Shown in pieces: positions 44,721 to 59,779 of a stretch of DNA of 64,000 nucleotides. The translations under genes and the position numbers were made by a program. The stretch is from the human T2T-CHM13v2.0 reference genome, Homo sapiens. Where the stretch lies: the NCBI GenBank assembly GCA_009914755.4, contig CP068257.2, positions 20,832,001 through 20,896,000 on the forward strand, read 5' to 3'. Numbering within the stretch: position 1 is the first letter of the stretch; each line of letters opens with the position of its first letter. The notes beneath the pieces are model-generated. The model was given only the letters and a program-made list of their open reading frames with translations, was not told the origin of the DNA and ran no database searches.

Positions 44721-47409
44721 TTATCCTTTTCTTTCCCTTGTTGGAGGAGGACTCAATTCCACAGCTTCATCTTAGATTTGGCGTATGATAAGGAGTCCAT
44801 GCAACCCCCCTCACGACACATTTTTGTTCCAAACTCAACTCCAAGCTTTAGGTCAAAGCCCTAAGAAAGAAAACTGGGTCAAAGAAATCCAGAGGCAGAT
44901 GATGACTGAAGTTAAAAGGCACAGTTAAAAGGTGAGCATGGCTAATTCCCACTGATTAAGCCAAGCCTCCCATTTCATGAATAAATGTCATGCTAATATC
45001 CATGGCATAAATGAGGTCTAGGGAACTCCAAGGCTACTGGCAGTAAGGGAGAGAGAGATATAGGTGAGAGCAGATAATTCCTATTTTGTAGCCCCTCTCT
45101 GCTTCTTGGGTGCAAGCAGCTTTGGGACCCATGGGTGGCACCTGCCAAGGTCACAGGGACTTGAGGACGCAAGGATGAAAGAGGGAAAGAGGATACTCTT
45201 CTTTCTCTCCCTCATGTACCCCGGGTATTTTCTAGAAAGAAAAGGGAACCAGGGATGCCTACTCCCCTCTTTCTAGTTGAGTAGCTATTCATCTTCAGTC
45301 TGTACCCCTTTCAAATGCATCCTGAACCCCTGGGTCTCCTTTGAAAAAATGTCTTCTTTTTTCCTTCCTCCTCCTTTGTCCTCTCTTCACTGATAGGTAA
45401 TTGTGTCTCTGTACTATGGGACACTCCCCTTAGTTGCATTCTCCAAACTGGAAAGAGTTAATTTCCCAAACCTTAAGCTGGTTGGTTTAGGATTGGACTC
45501 AGGGAAGGGAGCCCAGAAACCCAACATGCTGGCAAAAGGGTAAAGTTGTTGTTGTTGATTTTTTTTTTTAACGTGTCGGGCTGTTGGCCTCCTTCTCTCT
45601 GTGCAAGCTGGTAAAAGGCCTCAGGATGTTTAAACTCCCTTTTTCTCATTTTGATACATGTTTTATAATAACCCGGTTTGTCTCTTCTTGCCTTCAGGCC
45701 CTCAAACTCCAAACAGTCAAGCAACCAGAGCCTCTGATGATAGTGCCTTCTGCTGGGAACCCTTAAACAGGCTTCTGAGAGAGGTCTGACTGCTGTTTTC
45801 CCAAAGCAGTGCCACCTGTCAGCAGGAAGCAGTTAAGATCGGTCTTCGTCCTTATCCTTATTCTAACAGCAGTTAGACGTACTTCTTTAGAAGGGGAAAT
45901 GAGACAACCAAGAATAAAGAGGTCCACAGCGAACCTCTGACCAGCCTGCATGCAGGGAGGAGTGTGCACTGGGATGTAGCCTTGGGAAGCTGGCGTTGTG
46001 TGCGGGGGTGGGGGCGGGGGAGCCTGGCCTCTCCTGTTCCAGGGTGGCACCTGGGATTCAGTCTGTGAGGTGGGAAATGGGCTAGCAGGACTCTCACTTT
46101 GCTGAGAGTCCCTGTTTCTTTTTTTTTCCTCTTTGCCCAATAAATTCCATTTTTCGCACCCTTCAAAATGTCTGTGAGCTTAATCTTTCATGGTCATGTG
46201 ACAAGGACCCTGTTTTTGGATGAACTAAGGAGAAAGTCCTACAACAAAATGGCAGTAGTAACACTAAGAAAGAGAGCTCTAGTGCTTTGAGGAAGAGTGT
46301 CCTTGAATATTTGGCTGACTTAGAACACATAAGTTATTTGAGAAAACAAGACATCCGTAAAAGAATTAATAGAAGCAAGCAGGTGCAACAGAACAATCTA
46401 TGTCACCCAAACGGAGCCAAGAATAGTTGACTTCTTATCAGCCAGAGCTGAAACCTTTCAAAATGGACAGTAAATTTTGGTTTTTGCTTTTAGTTTTGCC
46501 CTCACTGGGCTTTAAAATCAACCCTCAAGTAGGTAAAATTGATTTTAATTGATTTAACTGTACTCCAAAGTCCCAAAATGTCAAAAAATTCAAGTATGCG
46601 ACAATCTAAAACTTACCATAATTGAATCAAGAACTAACAGGTATGCAGGAAAAAACAATAGCTTATGACTCAAAATTAGGATGAGAAATGTTTTTAAAAG
46701 GCATCATAAGTAGAGAGTGACAAAGATACAAATACAGAATATATGTCATCACACAATGCAAGCCAGGAAGCAATGGGAGGGCATTGTTAAAAGGTAGAAA
46801 GAAAAATGAAGCTGACAACATAGAATTCTAAACTCAGAAATACATATTTTTTGTTAAAACAAAAAGAAGACAAAATAAAGGCTATTCACATATACTGCAG
46901 CTGAAAGAATGTATTGTCACCATATCAGTTCTACAAAAAATATTGATGATTTCTTGTTACAGAGAATAATATATGAAAGGAAAATGTAGAACTATACAAA
47001 TCAATGAAAAGCATAAGAATTATTAAATGCATGGGTACACATAAATGAGCTTTTTGCTTTTGCCTTCAATTTTTTAAAAATAATTACTGAATATTTAGAA
47101 GAAAACATTGAAAATGAATTGCTATGTTTATAATATGGAGGTAAATGTGAAGCTATACTAAAAGGCCAGAATAGAGAATACTGATAATACCATGGTAGTT
47201 TGATATTTTGCATTAGGTAATTATCTAGGGAAATATAAAATATTATTTGAGCTAGACCCCAATAAGTTAATGATGTATATTGTAAATTCTAGATGAACCT
47301 AAAAAATAGTACAACTAAAAATCAATAAAAGAAATAAAAGTAATAGAAAATAATTTCTCTAGAAAAAAAGTAGAAAATAAATGAATATATCAAAATTCAG
47401 AATAAGAAT

Positions 47410-48530
47410 AAAATACATGAAAAATGGTAGTTAAAATGTTAAATATAGTTTAAAGCTTAACATCAGTAATCATCAGATAAATGCAAATTAAAACTACTAT
47501 GAGATAGGCCAGGCACAGTGGCTCACGCCTGTAGTCCCAGCACTTTGGGAGGCCGAGGCAGGCAGATCATGAGGTCAAGAGTTTGAGACCAGCCTGGCCA
47601 ATATGGTGAAACCCCGTCTCTACTAAAAATACAAAAATTAGCCAGATGTGGTGGTGCACGCCTGTAGTCCTAGCTACTTGGGAGGCTGAGGCAGAATTGC
47701 TTGAAACTGGGATGCAGAGGTTGTAGTGAGCCAAAATCATGCCACTACACGCCATCCAGCCTGGGTGACAGAGTGAGACTTCGTCTCAAAAACAAAAACA
47801 AAAACAAAAAACTACAATGAGCTATTGTCTTACACCAGTCAGGGTTGCTATTATTAAAAAAAAAATAACAGATGTTGGCAAGAATAAAGACAAAAGGGAA
47901 CACTTATACACTGTTGGTAAAAATGTGAATTAATTCAACATCTGAGAAAGAGAATAAGCAGATTTCTCAAAAAATTAAAAATAAAACTACCTTTTGACCC
48001 AGCAATAACACTCCCAGGTATCTACCCAATGGAGAATAAATTGTTGTATCAAAAAGACCACTACACTTGAATGTTTATCAAAGCACTATTCACAATAAAA
48101 AGATATGGAATCAACCTAAGTGTCCATCAATGGGTGACTGGATAAGGAAAATGTGGTATACATACAGAATGAAATACTACCCAGCCAACAAAAAGAATGT
48201 CTTTTGCAGCAACATTGATAGAACTGGAGGCCATTATCGTAAGTGAAATAAGCGTAGAAAGCCAAATACTGCATATTCTCACTTATAAGTGAGTGCTAAA
48301 TAATATATACACATGGACATAGAGTGTGGACAATCGAGACTTGGAAGGGTGAAGGAGTTGGAGGAAGGTGAATAATGAGAAATTACTTAATGAGCAAAAT
48401 GTACATTATTCAGGTGGTGTCTGAAAAGCCCAGAGTTCACCACCATGTAATATATCCATGTAACAAAATTATACTTGTATCCCTCAAATTTTAAAAATAA
48501 AAAATATAAATTAAAAATAAATAAAATAGT
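47410..48530 (+). mobile_element. Ancient L1 (L1M-type) ORF2 C-terminus plus 3' end, interrupted by the Alu at 47507-47810; upstream 46560-47410 may be more of the same element (low confidence)
   Basis: 'aatcatcagataaatgcaaattaaaactactatgagata' resumes after the Alu as 'ctattgtcttacaccagtcagggttgctattattaaaaaaaaaataacagatgttggcaagaataaagacaaaagggaacacttatacactgttggtaaaaatgtgaattaattcaacatctg', matching the L1M ORF2 C-terminal consensus. Confidence 0.55.
47507..47810 (+). mobile_element. Alu, plus orientation, with ~13-bp TSD, inserted in the L1M
   Basis: 'ggccaggcacagtggctcacgcctgtagtcccagcactttgggaggccgaggcaggcagatcatgaggtcaagagtttgagaccagcctggccaatatggtgaaacc...'; TSD 'aaaactactatgag' before and 'aaaactacaatgag' after. 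Confidence 0.9.
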
Positions 48531-48911
48531 TTACAATGTTAACTAAAAGGCAAAGATTGTAAAATTGGAGGAAAAAACAATGTATATTCTATCTACATAT
48601 AATTCAAACTATAAAGGTATAAACATTAAAAACTAATTAACGAAAAATGATGCATTGTGGTCACACTAATCAAAATAAACCAAGAATGGTATATCAATAT
48701 TAGACAAACTACATTCAGAACAAGAAACACACGGAACTACCTAAAGCTATAAAACCAGCAACTATAATTACACATAGTAAATATTGGATTTAATTGTAAA
48801 TTTTAAAAAAATCTTTCTTCTATAATCAGGAATAAGTCAAGAATATTTGCTTACACCATGTCTGTTAACATTTGTAAGCAAGAATATTTGCTTACAACAT
48901 GTCTGTTAACA

Positions 48912-49205
48912 TTCCTGTACTTCCTTATTTGTTGGCCAATTGTTTCATTGCATTATCAAATTTGTAAAATAGTTTGTGGTCTTCTCACTGGAAGATAAGA
49001 AAGCGACAAAACTACACTCTTTGGTATCTTTGTAAGAATTGAATTACAATTGCATAGTTAAAGTAGTGTTTATAGGGATACTTGTGGAATATGACACATA
49101 TTTGGAAGGAAGAACAGTCTGACATCAATGATTGAGGCTTCCCTATAATAAGCTAGAGAAAAAATGAAGAGAGAAGAACAAATTTAACAAATTGTGAGGA
49201 ATAAA
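48912..49205 (+). repeat. Copy A of a ~295-bp near-identical direct duplication
   Basis: 'cctgtacttccttatttgttggccaattgtttcattgcattatcaaatttgtaaaatagtttgtggtcttctcactggaagataagaaagcgacaaaactacactctttgg...aacaaattgtgaggaataaaata'. Confidence 0.85.
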
Positions 49206-49798
49206 ATAGAGGCCTGGACTCTCTACTCAGTGCAATAATACAAGAAAAATAAACAAAAGTTACACCTAATGAAAAAGAAAATGCAATTTTTGGATACATA
49301 ATCAAAACATTAAGAATTATCTTACTGTAGATTATAAAGGTATAGGAAACAAAAAAATGTAGAACTCATTTAAAACTTCTCATTTATTTGTAAGAAACTT
49401 ATCAGTACTCTGTAAATTGTGCTGGTCTTCTTATTCTTGTGATATACATTACAATATAGACCAAGTATGTTTTCTATATTGAGGCAACATACATCGTTTT
49501 AAGTTTGGATCAGCCTTCAACAATTTATTCATTGTATTTTTATGAAAATTTGTTCATTTGATATCTGAGAATGTTTAATTGGAAGTTTTTTTTGCTAGCG
49601 TCATTTTCTTTGGGACTTCTTTATCCTTTTGGTAACAACCATTTTTTTTCAATTATGTTGACAATTTCATCTTCAGTATGTTCCTTTAAATGCATATCTA
49701 GAATCTCTCAAATGGTGACAGTCTCAACATTCCCATGAGCACCAATTTTCTACCTGCATTCAATTTTTTTCTTTTATTATTGTTTTTATTTTTCATTT

Positions 49799-50093
49799 CC
49801 TGTACTTCCTTATTTGTTGGCCAATTGTTTCATTGCATTATCAAATTTGTAAAATAGTTTGTGGTCTTCTCACTGGAAGATAAGAAAGCGACAATACTAC
49901 ACTCTTTGGTATCTTTGTAAGAATTGAATTACAATTGCATAGTTAAAGTAGTGTTTATAGGGATACTTGTGGAATATGACACATATTTGGAAGGAAGAAC
50001 AGTCTGACATCAATGATTGGGGCTTCCCTATAATAAGCTAGAGAAAAAATGAAGAGAGAAGAACAAATTTAACAAATTGTGAGGAATAAAATA
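49799..50093 (+). repeat. Copy B of the ~295-bp direct duplication (about 3 mismatches/indels against copy A)
   Basis: Same string as copy A, with 'aaaactac'→'aatactac', 'gattgaggc'→'gattggggc' and 'aaaatagaggcc'→'aaaataagaggcc'. Confidence 0.85.
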
Positions 50094-50111
50094 AGAGGCC
50101 ATCACCTAACA

Positions 50112-50436
50112 CAGGGGTCTCCAACCCTTGGGCCATAGACTAGTCCCAGTCCATGGCTTGTTAGTAACCGCGCCGTGTAGCAGGAGGTAAGCAGCAGGCC
50201 AGGAACAAAGCTGAGTTCCCTCTCCTGACAGATCAGCAGTGGCATTAGATTCTCATAAGAGCCCAAACCCTATTGTGAGCTGCACATGCAAGGGATCTAG
50301 GTTGTGCGCTCCTTATGAGAATCTAATGATAAATGTAATGTGCTTGAGTCATGCCAAGACCACCCCTGCATTAATGGAAAAGTTGTCTTCCACTAAAGCG
50401 GCCCCTGATGAGGAAAGGCGAGGACCACTAACCAAC
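50112..50436 (+). mobile_element. Non-autonomous DNA transposon (hAT-like MITE, MER-type); exact family uncertain
   Basis: 'caggggtctccaacccttgggccatagactagtcccagtccatggcttgttagtaaccgcgccgtgtagcaggaggtaagcagcaggcc...cagcagtggcattagattctcataagagcccaaaccctattgtgagctgcacatgcaagggatctaggttgtgcgctccttatgagaatctaatg...gaggaccact' shows the terminal and internal palindromic structure of a human MITE consensus I recall as 'CAGGGGTCCCCAACC...GGCATTAGATTCTCATAGGAGC...GGTTGGGGACC'. Confidence 0.5.
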
Positions 50437-52680
50437 AGACACTAAAATTATTTTTCAAATAATTTAAGAAAGACTTTCCATGCATAAATTTGGCATGATA
50501 GAAAATTAAGTTAACTTGAAAACATAACTAAGCAAAGTACACTCATGAGAAGATAACACAAAAATGTTCACCTATAAAAGGACTGAAAATGTATTAATAA
50601 AAAAAAAAACTTGCTACAAAGATAATATAAACTATATTCAAATAACCCTCAGGGAGATAGATGCAAATTCCTACTCAAATCTTGGCAAATTAAATACAGT
50701 AATATTTTTAAATTATCATTAATAAACATAAGTGGAGTTTATCCCTTTTTATATGATTGGCCAGTTCAATTTAATGTATTAATAGACTAAAAAAGACAAA
50801 AGTGTTTGGTTATTTTATAATTTAACAAAATTTTACCTGTAAAATCCATCAATATTTAAAAATTAAACAACAGTCTTCTAGATAACATATTGGTCAAAGA
50901 AAAAGCTACAAGGGATATTTACAAAATACTTAGAATACAATATACCAAATTTGAGTGCAGATAAAGCAATGGTTTGAGGAAAATGTATAACATTAGCACA
51001 CATACTATTACTACTAAAAAAAATTAATCAACAAATTAATTTTTCTAACTGAAGAAAATAGAAAAAGAGTAAGTAAATTCAAAGCTATAAGAATAAATAA
51101 TAAAAAAAGAAAAGGTAATTATGATTCAATTCAAAACAAAATAAAATATAGACCAAAATTAATGCAGGTAAGTATTCATTTCTGAGATTTTAAAATTGAC
51201 AAGTCTTTTTCCATATTGATGAAGACAAAAAGGGAATAGATACAAATAATATCATGAATGATATAAGGGATATCAACTCAGATTACTGAGCCTGTAAAAT
51301 TATAGTAAGGAAAGTTTTGTCAATAAATTTAACAAATTCAAAAATGTACAAATTTTTTAAATGTCATATACTATTGTAGTAAATCAGATAGAAGTCACCT
51401 TACTATTCAAGTTTCTATTAAAATAATCATTAAATTTTTATGAGAGTGAAAATGCAGTATCAGAGTACTTTACTGATTAGTTTCATCCTACATTTAAAGA
51501 ATAAAAGAATACACAAATTTTATATAAGCTCTTCCAGGAAACAGAGGAGGAAAACATATTTGTCAGCTTATTATATGATGCTCTCAATATATTAATACTA
51601 GAAAAAGGCAAACCATGGCAAGAAAACAAATGCAAAAATGCTTAATAAATATTAGCAAATCAAATTTAGCAATATAAATAACATGTCATTATTTGGGTGA
51701 GGTGGAGATAATCCCAAGCATGCAACATTGATTCAACATTCAAAAATTAACTTATTTTATTTGTAGCATCAATTTAGTAAACAAAATATATAAACATATA
51801 AATAGATATAGAAAATTAACTTTATAAAATTTAACATTTATTATCTGAAAAATAAGAAATTAAAGGAACTTTCTTATATTTTTCTTTTCAGGATAGGGTA
51901 TTCTTGGTTGGCATTTTTGTTTTTCCTTCAGCATTTTGTATATGTCATCCCACTCCCTCAGGGCCTGGAAGAATTTAGATGAGAAATATGCTTCCAGGTA
52001 TATCAGAGCTTTTTCATATGTTATTTGCTTACTTGTGCCTCTTCTCTTCCTCCTTTCAGGATCCCTTTTTTCTCTTGACCATTGAGGTGACCTTTGATCT
52101 ACAACAACTAATGAATCAGAAGACATATATGTATTTTATAAATAATGCTTTCAGGCGTTGGGAAGAGAATTTCTTTCAGTCATCCCTAAAATGTGACTGT
52201 CTAGGAATTATGCTGATTACAATGGGATATTTTTAAGAAGCTTTCTTTTCCATCATGTCCACCTCTACATTTTGAAATCACAGTAAATAAGTTAGTGACA
52301 CCCTCTGAGGCACAGGAAAATTGATAAATTGAGGAATAATAGAAAAAAGAATAATAATATTAATAATATATTAATAATATAGGTTTATCCTAAAATGTTT
52401 TTGTGTAAACATGGTATAATCTTTTTTAAAAAATAAAATTTATCCAAAAACAGTTCATAACTTGCTTCTAGAAGATAAGGTCAACAATTACATATAAGGT
52501 CTTTTAATGTCCACTCCTCAGTTTAATGCAATTGTGTTTACTATCATTATTTTTAACATGACTTTTAAATGAAATTATGTTTATTATAATAAATATAAGA
52601 AATTTATAAAAATAAAAGAGTGAAATACACTGTCACATAATATTACACTATCAAAAATAACTTTTAAACAAAGTAACTTT

Positions 52681-54734
<2,054 letters not shown>

Positions 54735-55288
54735 ACAAAGTAACTATTTTAAATATGCCAGCAAATATCTGTACAGATAATAGATTGTCCAGAGGAGCTA
54801 TTGCTCAAAACTCTCTGGAATTTTAGTCTTTTTCCCAAATAATGGGGTTAATGAAAACTTTAACTCATTCCCATGAAGGAATAAAATGGATACATGAACA
54901 CCATGAACAATATAAGATGACTGCTGCATAATCAACCCCAGTTGTTTAGTGCACCCCTTTGCAACACTAATGGAAGCTACCATAGGCCCCAAAGTATTTT
55001 AGCTATTGTCTAAATAGTAGACTTAAGGAATTTTTTTTAAAAAGAGATCTGAAGTTGAAATACAGTAAATTTTATTAAAGTACCTAAGAATGTCTGAAAG
55101 CCTCCTAAAAGAAAATATGTGTTCAAAGATTAACCAAATGGAAGAGATTACTCTCTATGTGATAGTAGTTCCAGTCAATATGCAGTCTTATTGATTTAAA
55201 CAAAGGCAAAGAAAAACACAAATTTATTTTAATGTCTAAAAATTCTTCTCTGAATATCACTGAATATTAAATCATAGAATGTTAGGCT

Positions 55289-55637
<349 letters not shown>

Positions 55638-56707
55638 TTACTGAACTTTAACTCTTAGCAAGGACTAAATTATTTCTCTCAATTTAGAGAAATAGAATTA
55701 TAACCTATATTTCCTAACTCCAAGTTAGTGCTCTTCTAAAAACAATTGAGTAAACGGTTTTATCTTTCCGTTTCTGCCTGAGTTAAACTGACTTACAAAT
55801 TATATGATTAACATATGTGAAACACATATAATAAATCTACATTTATGTAAAGACAACATTCTTCTTTACCAATTCCATTCTTAGAGAACACTGGAAAACT
55901 TCGATGAAGAATGACTTTCCCTTTAGCCTTTAAGTCATTTAAATTTAGTGAATGCATTCACTATTATATTCCCAACATAAACGGCATAATCTTTCTCATC
56001 TCTGTTTTATTCCTCGTTGCCCATATGTAATTGACTAAACTGAAATTAGTACAGCAAATTTTTCTTCAGTTTGTTGAAGTTGCAAACATTGATTCTTGAA
56101 CTAACAGCATTTTTTATAATAATGATATAGGTAAAGATCAGCATCATTAGACTATGGAGCAGAGTTGCCTGAACATTCGTGGAAAAAAATAAATTGAAAG
56201 TGGTTATTACAACTATCCTCACTACACTTCCTTGAAAATACACAGGATATCTATTGCAAACTTGGATACAAACCATTACTCTGCTATTAAACAATATTAG
56301 TCTAAATATCTATAGTTTAACACAGTTATTGCCTCATTATACAGGATGTTGATCTTATATAGTGTAGAGTTCAACTGTTTTTCTATTGCAAAAATGAAAC
56401 ATACCTTACAACTTCAAAAGGCAAAATATACTGTATTAAAAGGAATTAAATCTTTGAAAAAATGAAAGCTGATATGATAAATGATGCTGTCTACTAAAAT
56501 CATCAGAATAACTAAAATAATTAGTCTCATCACAGAAGCAAGAGTCATTTCAAAAAGAATAACTATTACTCAAACACTTTAAAATATTGATAATTGTTAT
56601 AATTACCAATGAATCATTCAAAATATACATTGTTCCTAAGATAAAATTCTTGTTAATTTATTTGAGGCACTAATTCATAAATATACTGAACAAAAATGTA
56701 AAGATTA

Positions 56708-57108
56708 TAATATGGTTTGGAGGTTTGCCTCATCGAAATCTCATGTTGAGATGTGATTCCCAGTTTTGGAGGTGGGGCCTGGTGGGAGGTGTTGAATCAT
56801 AGGAGTGGATTCTCCATGAAATGCCTAACATCATTCTCTTGGTGATAAATGAGTTCTCATTCTGAGTTCACACAAGATACGGTTGTGTATAAAGAGGTCT
56901 CTCTTGCTCCCTCTCTCACTATGGGATGTGCCCGGGGCCCTTTTACCTTTGGCCATGATTATAAGCTTCTTGAAGCCTTCACCAGAAGCACATGCTGGCT
57001 TCACACTTCCTGTACAGCCTGCAGAACCATAAGCCAATTTAATTTTTTTCTCTATAAGTTATCCAGCCTCAAGTATTCCTTTATAGCAATGCAAATGGAC
57101 TAAAACAG
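56708..57108 (+). mobile_element. Solo MaLR LTR (THE1/MST-like), plus orientation
   Basis: 'taatatggtttggaggtttgcctcatcgaaatctcatgttgagatgtgattcccagttttggaggtggggcctggtgggaggtgttgaatcataggagtgg...gccatgattataagcttcttgaagccttcaccagaagcacatgctggcttcacacttcctgtacagcctgcagaaccataagccaa...ttatccagcctcaagtattcctttatagcaatgcaaatggactaaaacag' is colinear with the THE1/MST LTR consensus (TGATATGGTTTGG...GGACTAATACAG). Confidence 0.65.
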
Positions 57109-57396
57109 ATTGTGTTGTGATTTTTTTACACTCATAAACATTGCTGAAATTTGTGGCATAATTTAAATGATTTTAATGATATTACAAGTGGTCATTAAGC
57201 CATTTTAATTTTCCATCTATAATGAAAGATAAAAAGATCTGTAGCAGATATATCATGAAAGTATCAAAAGAGTCTTAAAAACTGAAGTATTTCTTGTATA
57301 TATGGGGTTCATGAATATTAATACAAAAATGAAAATATTTCTTCCCATACCTGTTTATTAAATTTAAAAAACTGTATATATTTCAAATATGAATGG

Positions 57397-58140
57397 TATT
57401 ATGGATTGAACTGTGTCACCCAAGGAAAGATACTTTGAAATCCTAAGCTCCAGCATTTCAGAATGTGGACTTATTGGAAATATAATTATCGCAGATGTGA
57501 TTAGTTAAGATGAGGTTATACAGAAGTAGTGTGGACCCTAATCCAATATGATTGTTATCCTTATAAGAAAACTGCAGTAAAAACAGACACGCTGAGGCAG
57601 AACGCTATGTGATGTTGAAGGCAGAGACTGAAGGCAGCTGCAAGCGAAGGAACATCCAAGATTGCCTGAAAACCACCAGAAGCTAGAAAAAGGCAGGGAA
57701 AGATTTTCCTACAGGTTTCAGAGGGGAGTATGTCTCACCCATCCCCTTGATTTTGGACTTCTAGCCTCCAGAAAAGGAAACAATATTTTTTATTTTATTT
57801 TTTGTTTGTTTGTTTGTTTTTGAGACAGAGTCTAGCTCTGTCACCCAGGCTGGAGTGCAATGGCACCATCTCTGCTTACTGCAACCTTCACCTCCCAGGT
57901 TCAAGCAATTCTCTGCCTTAGCCTCCTGAGTACCTGGGACTACAGGTGCCCGCAACCACACCTGGCTATTTTTTTTTGTATTTTTAGTAGAGACGGGGTT
58001 TCACCATCTTGGCCAGGCTGGTCTTGAACTCCTGACCTTGTGATCTGCTTGCCTCGGCCTCCCAAAGTGCTGGGATTACAGGCGTGAGCCATTTTTTATT
58101 GTTTTATGACACCCACATTGTTATAGCAGCACCTGGAAAT
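57397..58140 (+). mobile_element. MaLR LTR (MLT1-like), plus orientation, interrupted by the minus-strand Alu at 57785-58091
   Basis: 'tattatggattgaactgtgtcacccaaggaaagatactttgaaatcctaagctccagc...gtggaccctaatccaatatgattgttatccttataagaaaa...gattttggacttctagcctccagaa' then after the Alu 'ttgttttatgacacccacattgttatagcagcacctggaaattaa', matching the MLT1 end 'ctgttgtttaagccacccagtctatggtattttgttatagcagcctgaactaa'. Confidence 0.55.
57785..58091 (-). mobile_element. Alu, minus orientation, lacking ~12 bp at its 5' end, inserted in the MLT1-like LTR
   Basis: T-rich tail then 'gagacagagtctagctctgtcacccaggctggagtgcaatggcaccatctctgcttactgcaaccttcacctcc...ggattacaggcgtgagcca'. Confidence 0.85.
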
Positions 58141-59779
58141 TAATTCAAATTGTATTTTCGTATTTTCAGCTTTCAAGGAGACTATGAAATTGGAAGAAAG
58201 AAAAGTGATCCCAAATTACAATCACTGATAGATATATAATGTACAAATAATATTAAAATATTTATCTGATGCTTATATATGTGTGTTTGTCAACAATAAA
58301 TACATTTATTTGCTGTTTTTTTTAGACAGGCATTCAAGCTAGGCATCTACTCTGATAAGAATACCATATTTCTAGTACTTTCAGTAGCATGTGACTACAT
58401 TGTCAGGTTGAAAGTGAAGGAATTGCTATGGAAGTGATTGGTAGATCTTCTAAAGAGATGCCCATCTCTTTACTTTGTAATCAGACTGACATTGACTTTG
58501 TATAATGTGGCCATTCTTGTCCTTCAGAGCTACCTTTGTGCATGTGCTTTTGAAATATCACCTACAGCTTCAATAGTCCCCAGTTTCTATCTCTACCTCA
58601 GATCTCTCTCCTAATGACAAGACATGAAAATTGATTGTCTAACTGATATCTTCTCTTTTTTGTCTCAAACACCTCTCAAAATCAACAAGATCAAAGTCAA
58701 ACTCTAGATTACAATACCGCCCTTTTTCTTCTTCAATGTATCTGCCTTTTCTATTTCTCAGGTCATGAACCAATAAATGAGTTCTCTATTTCTTCTACTT
58801 CAAACTTTCCATCTGAAATCTATTAAGAGATACTATTGGCCTAATCTGAAAATACATCCAAAATCTACCTACTTCTACAACTAGTACCATCCACCATTAT
58901 TTTTCTTCTGAAAAATTACAGTATTCTCTGAATAAGTATTTCTACTTCTTCCTTTGCCCCTTGTGTATTCTCAACATAGTCATCAGAATGAGCCTTTAAA
59001 ATACAAGGGAGAGGTCTTTCAGTCTGGGAAAGATGGCATATATTCATCTCTCTCTGTCTCCACTACATAAAATGACAAATCCTGGAACCAATGCAAAAGA
59101 GAAGCAAAGGAAAACTCCAAACATTGGAAAGAAAAAGGCAGAATAGTTAGGGACCCCAAACATGAAGGAGGGGTATCTTACATTTGCTGGTCTAATATTT
59201 TATATTAAAGACTGTCAACAGAAAGTAGTCCATGTATGCTCATTCCTCCCTGAATTGAAGGGGAGTCAAGCCCATGACATGAGGAAAGTACAGCAGTATT
59301 GACAAGGGAGAGCAATTGTATGCCCCACTAAAAATAAATGGACAGCCATAAGATCTTTCCTTAGCCAGGCTTAAAGTTCCCTCCCCAGTCTAGGGGACCC
59401 AAGGCTGGGTGTCATCCTCACCACAAGTGCCTGGCCTTCAGCCTTTTTTTCTCTCTGCATTCTGGAGACTCTGTTCCTCAATGTAGACACAACAGGCTTT
59501 CAGGCCTGGGGAGGTGATATCTGTCTTCCTGAGCAGCACCAGCAAGAGCTAGGAGACCAACAGGAGCCCAAAAGCATAAGATAACACAAGCACATCAAAA
59601 TAGTATTACACTGCATCTGAAACTAAGGTTGCTGTTGGAAACACAGCTCCCCAAAATAGGCTAGGACCTGTATAATAAGCCTAAGAAAAATGATTTTTCA
59701 CAAACAAGAGTTAAATAAACAGTAATCAGAATCTCCTGACTCAATAGCCAAAATATCAAGATCACAGTCAACGATCATC

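Noticed and set aside
45763-46166. 125-aa and 97-aa minus-strand ORFs, proline/arginine-rich
   Set aside because: They are translations of a GC-rich low-complexity stretch ('gggggtgggggcggggg'). They have no domain and no conservation evidence available. Retained only as part of the unidentified LTR/exon-like block finding.
48912-50093. The two 295-bp direct repeats considered as 5' and 3' LTRs of a small LTR retroelement
   Set aside because: The copies lack TG...CA termini and there is no matching TSD. The 593-bp internal region has no recognisable primer-binding site or polypurine tract on either strand. A plain local duplication is more parsimonious.
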